Positions 26,661 through 39,169 of a stretch of DNA of 64,000 nt are shown here, in pieces. The DNA is from Octopus sinensis (Eukaryota), in contig NC_043006.1 of assembly GCF_006345805.1 (NCBI RefSeq), forward strand, positions 65,224,001 through 65,288,000, written 5' to 3'. The first letter of the stretch is position 1. The number at the start of each line of letters is the position of its first letter. The notes below the pieces were generated by a model. That model worked only from the letters and a program-made list of their open reading frames with translations, was not told where the DNA came from and searched no databases. Both the position numbers and the translations under genes were made by a program.

Positions 26661-26752
26661 ACAATGACAATATACCAATGTTCCAATGTCAGTATTTCTA
26701 TAAAGAACATCATTTCTGTCACTAGTGACAATATACATTGCTGTCATTTCAG

Positions 26753-27711
26753 GTTTCCTTATTTCTCACAGTTTAGGTGGCGGTACCGGTTCTGGTTTCA
26801 CAGCAATCCTAGCACAAGCTCTTAGTCAGCTCTTTCCAAAGAAATCAAAGATTAATTTCATTGTTTACCCGTCACCTCATTTATCGACAAGCATGGTGGA
26901 ACCATACAACTCACTGCTCACCACACACTGCACTATGGACCATTCCGACTGCAGTTTCCTTCTTGACAATGAAGCTATTTATAAAATCTGTCATAACAAG
27001 CTTAAAGTTTCACGTCCAATGTACAAAAACCTGAACCAGGTCATTTCTCATGTACTCAGCTCAATTACAACCCCACTACGTTTTGAAGGTTCCCTTCAAG
27101 TAAACCTTAGTGCATTTCAGACCAACCTGGTACCTTATCCTCGAATTCACTTTCCCCTGGCCACTTACTCTCCACTAATGTCAGACGTGAATATTTTACG
27201 CTCAGTGGTAAGCATTCAACATTTAACCAACCAGTGTTTTGCACCTCACAATCAAATGGTTAATTGTTCACCTCAATCTGGTAAATACATGGCATGTTGC
27301 CTCCTCTACAGAGGCGATGTTTGCCCAAGTAAGGTTAATTATGCATTGCAAAACATCAAGCGATCAAGCAAGATACATTTTGTTGACTGGTGTCCGACTG
27401 GATTCAAAATAGGCATCAACAGTCAACCCCCATTTTCAGTTCCTGGTAGTGACATAGGGAATTCTATTCGAGCTGTTTGCATGCTTAGTAATACAACAGC
27501 AATTCGTGAAGCCTGGGCACGTCTTGATTACAAATTTGATTTAATGTTTCGCAAAAAAGCTTTTGTTCATTGGTATATTTCTGAAGGCATGACATTAGAT
27601 GAATTTCTTGAGACACGAGAAAATATGGCTGCACTGGAAGAAGACTACAAGGAGGCTGGTGCTGACACAGTATTTGTGGATGAAGAGGAACAAGGAGTGG
27701 CAGAATATTGA
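26753..27711 (+). CDS. TUBA: Divergent alpha-tubulin exon 4 (residues 134-452, stop TGA)
   Basis: catttcag|GT TTC CTT. Contains the GGGTGSG signature, [57 protein letters not shown] and an acidic tail ending EEEQGVAEY. No frameshift or internal stop. Confidence 0.97.
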
Positions 27712-27988
27712 ACATATTAAAACAGAGTCACTTCTAGACTGTCGGATGACATTACACTCACTGAATGTGAGAACAGGAACAATTTTCATTTATTTCACTG
27801 AATGTGAAAGTAGGAACAATTTCAACATTGTATTTACACGTAGCTTCTGAAATATACACTCTCTCTTTTCAACATTTGTCTCTCACATCAGTGTAACATT
27901 TTTCATTCTACACATTTGCACCTATTTGCTTGTGTTCCTGTTGTTATATTTTTTCCACAAAAACCATTTGAAGTGTAATTTAAACAAG

Positions 27989-28000
27989 AATAAAAATAAA
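27989..28000 (+). terminator. Polyadenylation signal of the alpha-tubulin gene (tandem AATAAA)
   Basis: AATAAAAATAAA about 280 nt after the stop, followed by a T-rich downstream element (about 28011-28021). Confidence 0.7.
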
Positions 28001-30724
28001 GCAACAGATATTTATTCTTTTCGTATAAATGAATCAGACTTTTGCTTTTATTGGTTTCAGCCAGAGGCTGTGGCCATGCTGAAGCACTATCTTTAGTGCG
28101 ATTGTGTTTTCCTTGTTTTTTCTTTTATTTCACATTCATTTCCTGAATTGTTTCTGGTGAAGTAGTGAGTTGAACAGAGCTGCATTCATATGAATGATAT
28201 CAATAATATCATCCTTGTTTCTTCTGATTCTCAATGTCCTGAGTTCAAATTCAACTTTGGGCAAGCGTTTTCCTCTATGGCTCATATCTGCCAAAGCCTT
28301 ATGAGTAGATTTGGTAGATGGAAGCTAAGAGAATAGTTGTAAATGGGTGCCATTATCATGCAGTGTCCTTCATTTCTGATCTTTCATGAAAAACATGTCT
28401 GACAATGGAGAAATATTACATTGCATGGAAAGAGGTGAAGTTTGGCAAAAGAATAGACATCTGGCTGTAGAAAAAGCAGGTATCTTCAACCAGAGGTGAC
28501 TTACCATAAATATATACAATATGAAAATACAGTCTTTATACAATTACAGTTTACCCAATATGTAACCTTTATATGCTTAGATGCATCATGTTGCTGTATG
28601 AGTTTTCTCCCCTGTAGCTGACGGTATACTGTGTTGCACTGAGAAGGGAGACAACTTATATGGTGACATGATGTGCCTTCAGCATGCTAAAGGTTAATTT
28701 CATCTTTAGAGATGATGGATTTTGCAATATTTACATATCTTTCAACATCTATATTTATGTGGTCAGTCCCAAACACGAACTGTCCAGTGCAGTGGTTCTC
28801 AAATTGACAAATACCCTACCCTCAATATTCTTTTCTACTCTAGGCACAAGGCTTGAAATTTTTGAGAATGACCCCCACTACACAACTGGTACTTAATCTA
28901 TCGACCCCACCAAAATGATGAAAGGCAAAGTTGATCTTGGTGGAATTTGAACTCAGAACATAAAGACAGATGAAATATCACTAAGCATTTCATCTGGCGT
29001 GCTAACGTTTCTGCTAGCTCACCACCTTTTAGCAAAAAGAAATATTAGTGGAATTTTTTTGTCACTCTGCCAACTTTTTATTAATGAAAGGCAAAAATAG
29101 TTTCAAATATGTGGTGTCCTCTAGATGGCCATAAACACAAAAGGAGGTAACTATCTCCCCACAGGGAGGTGGGATAGAAAATTTGAATCTGAATTAAAGT
29201 AATATGAAGAATTCACATTTTTTATCTTTTACTTGTTTCAGTCCTTAGACTGTGGCTATGTTGGGACACCACCTGAAGAAGTTTTAGTTTAATAGAATGA
29301 ACTTCAGTACTTCTCTTTTGTAAAGAAAGTGTGGTACTTATCATATCATCTCTTTTGCTGAACCACTAAGTTAAGGGGATGTAAAAACACTAACACTGGT
29401 TGCCAAGCAGTAGTGAGGAACAAACACACACACACATATATCTATGTATATATATACATATATAGATATATATGACAGGCTTCTTTCAGTTTCTGTCTAT
29501 TAAATCCACTAACAAGGCTTTGGTCAGTCCAAGGCTATAGCCAAAGACACCTGCTCAAGGTGCCATGCAGTAGGACTGAACCTGGAAACATGCGGTTGGT
29601 AAGCAAGCTTTTTACCACGCAGCCATAGTACAGTTCTTACAATTCATAGTTAGTTTGTTGTTATATCCAATCCATGGAAAACGGATGTTAAATGATAATG
29701 ATACTAATTCTGGTAATTAACAAGTTTATAAAAAGTTGGAAACTATTTTGATTTTATTAAACATGGCAATTTGTTTCCTTTTAAATCTTTACCCTTGTCT
29801 GAGAAACACTGGTCCAGTTAATAAGAATGTTATCAACTTTACTTAAGAAATGAAGGATCCTAGTTCAAATCCATTCTATTACTGTGAAAACATCCAGGAA
29901 TAAAATATTTGATGAGGATTGGAAATTAACCTGCCTGGGCTGTAGTGTAGTTGTAAATATTGAAAAAATTCCCATCTCTAAAGACAAAGTAAATAAATTA
30001 TAATAAATTGTAATAAATTATAATAAATCATAATACATTATAATCTTATGAACAATAACACACCTCAGATATTTAAATTCTTTATTTCACTCTCACCATC
30101 CAATGTGTTACAGAACACACCAATCTAATGTAGGTCACACGGTGTCCTACATGTTGATAATGATAACATATTGAGACTATATCAAACTTTGTTGGACATA
30201 TTTGGTCATACATGGAGATAACTGTCTGATTTTTAGACTACATTTTCTTCCTTTCCATGTAGGATATATTCTGAAATGGGGAGATTATCTCCTCCATGTT
30301 GATAACAATGTGTCGTACGTTAGTTTTTAACTTATGAGGAAGTTAAAGTACGCATATACAAAAACTCTTAATAATTCATACTTGCACATACAGACACACA
30401 CTTATTAAATGACACATACTGTCTCACTGCCATAGCAAGTAAAATGTGCGTGCACACACACACAGCAAGTAGACTGTTGTGCATACACACAAGCACACAC
30501 ACACACACACATATGCATCACATAGAGAGCTGAGAGAAATAAAAATTGGAGTGTTCATCAGCCAGTGAAGACAACTGGAATGCTATCAAGTCCAAACAAG
30601 AATGAACAGGTCAGTAAATGCAAACAGCCAAGTTTGGTCAGTGGCATGCATTTACGCTCACCTGGTTCTGTAGCTGAGATTAGCAGAGAGAGACCCGTCA
30701 TGAAAATGTGCCTACCCATCACTA

Positions 30725-31384
30725 CAAAAACAAAAATGAAAGGTTTTTGACATTGGCAAGAAGCCAGAAATTAAGGACAAGGGATATGGTTGATTATACA
30801 GGACCCATTACTGTAATTTATCGAACAAGGATTGATGAAAGGTAAAGTCAACCTAAGAAAGATTTGATCTTGCACATCCATAAAGCAATGTAACTAAATA
30901 CTGCAAGAATAAAACAAACAAGATTGACGATGAGGTTGCCCTGCAGTAGCAGTTTACTTGCTAGTTGATGCACAACCATTGTCTGATGGTACGGATCTTC
31001 TGCTTGGTTGCAATAACCTTCAAGCCGTTGGTCTAAGACACCTCTGCCTTGTCAGAAAGACAAAAATGAAAGGTTTTTGACATTGGCAAAAAGCCAGAAA
31101 TTAAGGATGAGGGATTTGGCTGATTATATAGAACTCTAATACTGTAATTTATTGAACACAGATTGATGAAAGGCAAAGTTAACCAAGGAAAAATTAGATC
31201 TTGGACACCCAGAAAGCACTAACTAAATATTGCAAGAGTACAACCAACAGGGTTAATGATGGGGCTGCCTGGCAGTAGCAGTTCACTTGCTAGTTGATGC
31301 CCAACCATTGTCTAATGGTATATATATTCTGCTTGGCTGCAGTATGCTTCAAGTTGCTTGTCTAGGAATCCTCCGCCTTGTCGG
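30725..31384. repeat. Diverged ~330-bp tandem duplication (SINE-derived half plus unique half)
   Basis: Copies begin with acaaaaatgaaaggtttttgacattggc at about 30730 and 31059 and align over their length. Confidence 0.85.
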
Positions 31385-32622
31385 TTATCCAATGTCCTGC
31401 TGCCAAAGAAGAAATACTGGAAGAGTAATTTGTACCTTGCTCCACTGATTTTTGCAACCAATGTGCTGAATAAATATAAAAATGGTTTATTGATGAAGAA
31501 ACAAGGGCTGAACTACAGTCAATAATTTGTGATGCCAGTGTTTGACTGGTTCACTATTCTCTCAACCTCTGGAGGATGGAAGGTAAGTTCACTTCACTGA
31601 GGTTTGAACTCAGAACACAAAGGTACGGAGGTAAAGTAGACTAAATACTGCAAGAGCATTTTGTGTCACAGACTTACTCCACTTCCATAATTTCTGGTCT
31701 TGTGTCTGTCTTAGGACCTGTTATTGCATAGGAGAACAGTGCATGTTATCAAAGTGATACTGAGGTACAAATATGCAAAACCCAATACATACCTGTTATG
31801 ATTACCCATCTGATAAGGGTACACTGGGTATATGCATTACAACCATATGTGCACAATATGGTAACCTCACATCAAGATAAACAGTGCATGGTATTGAGCA
31901 GAATATTTGCTATAGCCTACCTTTTACACCCAGACAAAACATGTACATAATAATACTTACAATCAGTTAAGATGAGAAGCCATGAAAACCACTGCCTGGT
32001 TTTTCAACAGGGCATTTATTATTATTATTATTATTATTCTGTGAAGGTCAACTTTGTCTTTCAGCCCTCTGGTGTCAATAAAATAAAGCACCAATCAAGT
32101 GCTGTGGTGAATGGTATCAACCCAAGTACTTGGCCAATATTATATTTTGTCCCTACCTTTCAAAACCACTGACCTTGTACCTAAATAAGGAATTATTATT
32201 ATCAAAGGTGGAAACTAGCAGAAATTGCTAGCATACTGGACTCATGTTCTGAGTTTCAAATTCCACTGAAGTCAACTTTGCTTTTCATCCTTTCAGTGTC
32301 GATAAAATAAATACCAGTTGATTTCTGGGGTCAATGTAATTGACTGAGTGCCTCCCCTGAAACTGCTGGCCTTGTGTAAAAATTTGAAACCATTTTTCCT
32401 TTATTTGTTTGAGTCATTTGACTGCGGCCATGCTGGAGCATTTCCTTTAGTCAAACAAATCGACCCCAGGACTTGTTCTTTGTAAGCCTAGTACTTATTA
32501 TATAGATCACTTTTGCTGAACCACTAAGTTACGGGGACATAAACACACCAACATCCGTTGTCAAGTAATGGTGGGGAGGGGCAAACAGACACACACACAC
32601 AAATATACATATATATATATAC

Positions 32623-32684
<62 letters not shown>

Positions 32685-33494
32685 GGCTTCTTTCAGTTTC
32701 TGTCTACCAAATCCACTCACAAGGCTTTGGTTGACCCGAGGCTATAGTAGAAGACACTTGCCCAAGGTGCTATGCAGTGGGACTGAACCTGGAACCATGT
32801 AGCTGGGAAGCAAACTTCTTACCACACAGCCACTCCTGTGCTCCCATTATTATTGTTATTATTGAGCTGGCGGAATCATTAGCGGTATTTTACCTATAGC
32901 TACATTCTGAGTCCTAATTTTGCCGAGGTCAACTTTGCCTTTCATCCTTTAAGGGGTCGATTAAATAAGTACCAGTTATGCACTGGGGTTAATGTAATCA
33001 CTTTAATCCCCTCCCCCAAGGTACCTTTGTGGAAAAAATTTGAAATCACTCTTATTATTATTATTATTAAGGCAGTGAGCTGGCAGAATTGTTAGCATGC
33101 TGGACAAAATACTTAGCGGTATTTCATCTGATGTAACATTCTGAGTTCAAATTCCGCTGAGGTCGACATTGCCTCGATATAATAAACTAGCCCCCTTCCC
33201 CCAAAATTTTCAAGGCTGTGTCCCTAGAGTAGAAATAATAATAATAATTATTGAATTGAACTGACACAATCATTAGAGTTTGGGGCAAAATATTTTGTGG
33301 TATTTATTCCTGCTGTTTGCATTCTGAGTTCAAATTGCTTCCAAGTTAACTTTGTCATTTTTATCCTTTTAGGTTGCTGAAATAATATACCAGTCATATA
33401 CTGAGGTGAATGGTATCAACTAACTCCCTCCCTTCCTTCCTCCAAATTACTGGCCATGTACCTAAATAATAATATACAATATAATACACAAGTG

Positions 33495-34185
33495 TAATGG
33501 ACCTCTGTAGAATGTGTGGGGAGAAGGTTGAAAGAATGTCTCACACTGTTAGTGCTTGTGAAAGTCTTATACAGAAAGGGTACAGGCACAGACATGACAA
33601 GATAGCCTTAGATCTTCACTGGCTACAGTGCCAGCAGTATGGATATGAGGTAACAGGTGCTTGGGATCAACATACACTGGAAAAAGTAATGGACAAAAAT
33701 GGGAAGGCAAAGATCCTCTGGGGGATCCAGACAAAGTATTAAGAGCACCGAAGGCCAGACATAGTAGCTTTTAAGAGGGACAAGCACGAGTGCCTAATAA
33801 TTGATGTGGCAGTGCCAGGAAATCAACTTATTGTCATAGAGGAAACAGAAAAGGGTCAACAAATGTGGAGACCTGAAAATTGAGATCGCCAAGTGGCAGC
33901 TACAAGGGTCAAACATAAAGGCTGTTCCCATAGTCTAAAAGTATTGGGTTCAATACCACCCAACCTGAAGAAACATCCGGACACTTTAGAAATACCCTAC
34001 AGTCTTGGTTTATTGCAAAAATTAGTTTTGCTTGGAACTGCACACATATTACATGAAAGTGTTGTCTGTCTGAGGACCTTATTGCAATTTGAAAGACAGT
34101 ACAAATCCCTGGGACACACAATATCTTCAATTTACATCACATTATTGTTTACTGTGTGACGTCTTCAATAATAATAATAATAATT
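33495..34185 (+). mobile_element. R4/Dong-like non-LTR retrotransposon 3' end (CCHC knuckle plus restriction-like endonuclease), decayed
   Basis: CRMCGEKVERMSHTVSAC, YRHRHD, RRPDIV...IIDVAVP, CGDLKIEI, LQKLVLLGTAHIL. Contains stops and frameshifts and ends in a (TAA)n tail. Confidence 0.85.
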
Positions 34186-35423
34186 CTTTCTACTGGAAGC
34201 ACAAGGCCTCAAATTTTGGGGAAGGGATTAAGTCGATTACATCGACCCCAGTGTGTAACTGGTACTTATTTAATCAACCCTGAGAGGATGAAAGGCAAAG
34301 TCAACCTCAGTAGAATTTGAACTCACAACGTGAAGACGGATGAAATACTACTAAGCATTTTACCCGGAGTGCTAATGATTCTGCCAGCTTGCTGCTTTAA
34401 ATAATAATAATAATAATAATAATGATAGTTGTTTCTGACATAGGTACAAGGCCTGACATTTTGGGGTGCAGGTTTGAGTTCATGAAACTGATCCCAGTAC
34501 TTAACTGATACTTTTCTTATTATCAGCGCTTAGAAGGATGAAAAGTGAAATTGAATAATAATAATAATAATAATAATTATTATTATTAATGGAAAGACAG
34601 AAAAAAAACCTGTAAAAACAACTAAAATAAGCCAAACAAAAAAGAACCCCCCCCCCACTTCCTATGAAACAAACATAACATACATGTAATGCATCTGTTG
34701 TAATAAATATTATGATTGTAATTTAAATTAAAGTGACAGAGGTGGAGTGGTGGGGCTTCCGGTTATAAGGGGTCAATTTTTATGTTGTCTGTGTGTGTGT
34801 GTGTGCATGTGTATATGTATATGTATTTCTTATGACGTTTTATTTCAATAGAGAGGATGAAGGCAGGAATGGGTGGGTGAATGGTGATGGGACAAATAGG
34901 TGAGAGAAGAGTGGGTTTTTTTTTCAATAAATGTCTCACAAGTGTATAAGCATCCTAATATATTTGTATGTATGTGTGTGTACATATACATATATATATT
35001 TACTGACACAGACATGCAACAGAATGACAGCGTGTATTGGATAAATTGCTGTTAAGAAACTCTGAGTTCTGAATGTAAGTATTCCATGTCTGTGTCATTT
35101 AATAAATTTAATCCTCTATTTCTAACAATATCGAGGTCATATTCTTTTGTTCTTACACACACAGTTTCTCTGTCTGTATGTACGCACACACACACAGTCA
35201 TCGGAATGAACAGGCTCTTTAGTCACAAATCACAACAATTGTTTCTGTGTAATGCTAACAGCTGTTAGCTGCTGAGTTTTCCATATCATACTGTTACATG
35301 AAATATTATATAAATAAATATGTCCCAGCAGCAACTGTGCACTAGCACATCATACATGATAACCATAAAGGAGTTTTAAAATACTCATTATGAGGTTATT
35401 ACTCAGATGATATTAAATATTAA

Positions 35424-35468
<45 letters not shown>

Positions 35469-35944
35469 TACATATACACACCACAGTAACTGGCCAATTA
35501 ACAATGTCTGTACATTAAGTATAACACACAGTTGGTTATTTTAATTAAAATACTGCCTCAATTGCATATACTGAATTTTTATTCAGCTGGACAGCTATTT
35601 TCAACATCAGTAAATGTTTCATTCAGTTTCTTATATTGGAGATGATGAATTTTTGTTTTGGCATGTGACTGACATGTATTATCATTCATGAGGTCCCAAA
35701 AGGCCAACATATATTTAGTGTTCTCAGTCTGCAGCTATGGCAAGTTTCCATTTCCCTCTGATATTTATTGTGTTTTTAACACACCATGTCCATAAGAGAG
35801 AATATCTCTGGACAAATACTGCAATAACGGGCTTGACAACAGTGTCTATGCATTAAGTTTGATATATATATATATATATACAGACGCACACACATATACA
35901 TACATATGTATGAGTGTGTAGTTTTATATGTATGTATGTATATA

Positions 35945-36020
<76 letters not shown>

Positions 36021-36512
36021 AAAGCACAAAGCATAAATTTGATATTTCTTCATTTCATGTGTTACACATATTTCTGTTGCATATGTAACTGACGAAATGC
36101 AGGAATACCAAATCCATGCTTCATGTTTTTCCCTCATAATAAACATGCACTTTTTATTACATCATAACCCTATATGGGCTGCATAGAACCCTACTGGATC
36201 ACACAGCAGAGAGAGTTTAATGCCAAAACTATTAAGAGCCACAGCCAAAAAACAATTTTGACACAGCTAGTGCATTCATTTCCACTTTGTGTGTGTGTGT
36301 GTGCGTGCGCGCGCGCATGTGTGTGTGTGTTTTCACAAACATGTATACAAACACACATGTGTATGCATAATGAATCACATGTTCAATTTTAGTGTGACTA
36401 AGTATTCCACATACATTTGTTACCCTTAATGTAATTCTTACACACACTCAATTTGTCATAATGTAACAAGGTTAGGTTTTTATATATATACACACATATA
36501 TATACATATATG

Positions 36513-36562
<50 letters not shown>

Positions 36563-36827
36563 CAGATATATGAGAGACAAAGAACAGGTATTCTTAAAAA
36601 AACAAAACAAATTAAAACATAATAGTTATCTTAAAATGTATATACATATTCACATACACATGTATGCATGTACTTATGCCCATGCATACATACATACACA
36701 CATGCTCATGGTTTCACCCACTCACACATGCATTCCTGCTTAGAAGAGTCCATCTTAAGCTTGCAGTGAGGGGTGTTCACTGGTTGGGTGACTGTCTCCT
36801 TGTTACTCCTACCTCCTCTTCTTCTCA

Positions 36828-37072
36828 TCATGGCATCCAGTTGCCAAGCTGGTTACGTTCGAGATGTTTGTTGTTGTCAGGGATCTGGAAGCAGCCGACT
36901 GGGTAGACGCCGATTGTCCGGTTAAACAGGTTCAGATTGAAACTAGCGCAGCCGTTCAGTTGGGTCTTGTGTTCTTCGTGCACATTCACTTGGAATGTCA
37001 CATTGGAGAACTTCACACAGATCTCGGCAGCTTTAGTCTTTGAGCCGAGACAGATGAGTGGAGGATTTTCAG
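36828..37072 (-). CDS. DUF4773-type protein, terminal exon
   Basis: ttttcccaaacag|CT GAA AAT CCT CCA. Encodes AENPPLICLG...EICVKF...LNGCASF...VGCFQIP...NWMP*, the typical NPPxxC/C/GC/GCF end of DUF4773. Higher GC and CpG content than the flanks. Confidence 0.88.
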
Positions 37073-38439
37073 CTGTTTGGGAAAAAAAAAAACAGAAGAA
37101 AATAGAGTTAAAAGATAGAGTGAATAAATAACTAAACAGAGAGAGAGAGAGAAAGAGAGAGATAAGAGAGAGAGATAGAGAGAGAGAGAACTAGACAGAT
37201 CAACAGTTAGAAAGATAGACAAATGTAAACATGGAACTCGATCTCTAATAGTTTCTATAAATAAACATGATAAAATCTTTATGATTAGCACTCTTGTTTC
37301 ATTCTTGCTTGTTAATAACCTTTATCTTTTTATCTTCTGTTTGTTTAAGTCATTAGACTGTGGCCATACTGGGGGCACCGCCTTGAAGAAATTTGTAGTC
37401 GATGAATCGACACCAGTACTTAAAATACCAATACTGGTTGTCAAGCAGTGGTGGGGGACAAACACACACATAGATATATGACGGGCTTCTTTCAGTTTCC
37501 GTTGACCAAATCCACTCACAAGGCTTAGGTTGGCTTGAGGCTATAGTAGAAGATACTTGCCCAAGGTACATTCAACAAGATACTTGCCCAAGCCATTCAA
37601 CATTGGGCATAAAGCCACCCAGCTACATCTTTCCCGCTCAAATATTCCCCCCTTAGTAGTGAGAGCTTTTTATTTTTCCTGTTATTTTTCTGTCTTGCAA
37701 TCTTACAAGGCAACCTCCCTAGTGCCAATGGTACACACTCACACACACACAAAAAAAGCACTCAGGCACTCTGTAAAGTGGTTGTCATTAGGAAGGGCAT
37801 CCAGCTGAAATTATTCCAAAGCAGACATTGGAGCCCAACATTGCCTTGGAGTTCACCAGATCCTGTCAAACTGTTCAACCCATGCCAACATGGAAAAGGG
37901 ATATTAAATGGTGATGATTGATATATATATATAGGTGCAGGTGCAGCTGTGTGTGGTAAGTAGTTTGCTTAGCAACCACATGGTTCCGGGTTCAGTCTTA
38001 CCATGTGACTACTTGGGCAAGTGTCTTCTACTACAGCCTTGGGCTGACCAAAGCCTTGTGAGTGGATTTGGTAGACGGAAACTGAAAGAAGTCCATCATA
38101 TGTGTATGTGTGTGTTTGTCCCCCCAACATTGCTTGACAACCGATGCTGGTGTGTTTACATCCCTATAATGTAGTGCTTTGGTAAGAGAGACCAACAGAA
38201 TACCATAAAGACCAATGTAATTTACCGGTGAGTGTGTTACATTATAAGGCACAAAAAGAAAATGACTCTCCTCAGACACAACAGAATAATTTATGCACTT
38301 TTTCCACAAAATATAAAAATAAGCAATTACATGAGTAGATCATTTCTAGAATTTTTTTTGCAATTTTTTTTGTTGAAAAAAGACGTACAGAACATAAACG
38401 TTCGTACTGAAAGTTGACTCATTTAATGTCTGAATAGGT

Positions 38440-38895
38440 TTTTACAGAAAAAATAAGGGCTTAAATATAATGAAGTTGACTTTTATTTATGCTGGATGGT
38501 ATAATGCTTACTTTTTCTGTATAAATTTACTAAAACCGTTAAATGGTTAACAACTTTTTGAAGTCTGACATTCATGCTGGTAGACACGGTCTGGGCAATA
38601 TTTTACATTGCTTGGAGTTTCTACCTATCACAATGGAGCACCACTGACATACATAGTGATACGGATATTCCTGACTGAAAAAAAATGTAACGATATGGAT
38701 AATCTTGATTGTATGTTTTTACTTTTGTCTGTTTATTATTCAGCACAGTCTTAAGTTTGTTGTGCTGTTTACACCAATTTCAAACATTGGCTTCATTAAC
38801 ATAAAAATACCTTCTGGCAGCTCTAATGTCAAATGCATATTCAACATATTTAATTTCTCCTTCACAGTAAATGATTCATAAGTTCTGCCCACACT
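38440..38895 (-). mobile_element. Pogo/Tigger-like transposase N-terminal relic
   Basis: After one frameshift it reads RTYESFTVKEKL/YVEYAFDIRAARRYFYVNEANV*NWCKQHNKLK, resembling the Brinker-type HTH of pogo transposases. Downstream sequence is heavily decayed. Confidence 0.5.
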
Positions 38896-39169
38896 GACAA
38901 TAACGGCAATGACAAATTTTAAAGTTTGCTTAACATTTTATAAGTGTGAAAGGGATTAAAATTTCGATACTCCATATCAAAGGTTCCGAAAAGAATAGGT
39001 GGAAAAGAATTCTATTCACATAAAATCAATTTGATTGGTCACCTTCCTCTGTCAGTTGAGTAAAGTGTCATCCAAGCTGATGTTTATTGGTAATTAAACT
39101 TAATTTGCAACACCTCTGCATGTTTATCAGCTTTCTTTTTGATAGTAATTCTTATCAACAACTTTTCCT

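Noticed and set aside
26725-26752. ORF-track start MTIYIAVIS of the 328-aa tubulin ORF
   Set aside because: It is intronic; the true exon starts at the acceptor at 26753 and joins upstream exons in phase.
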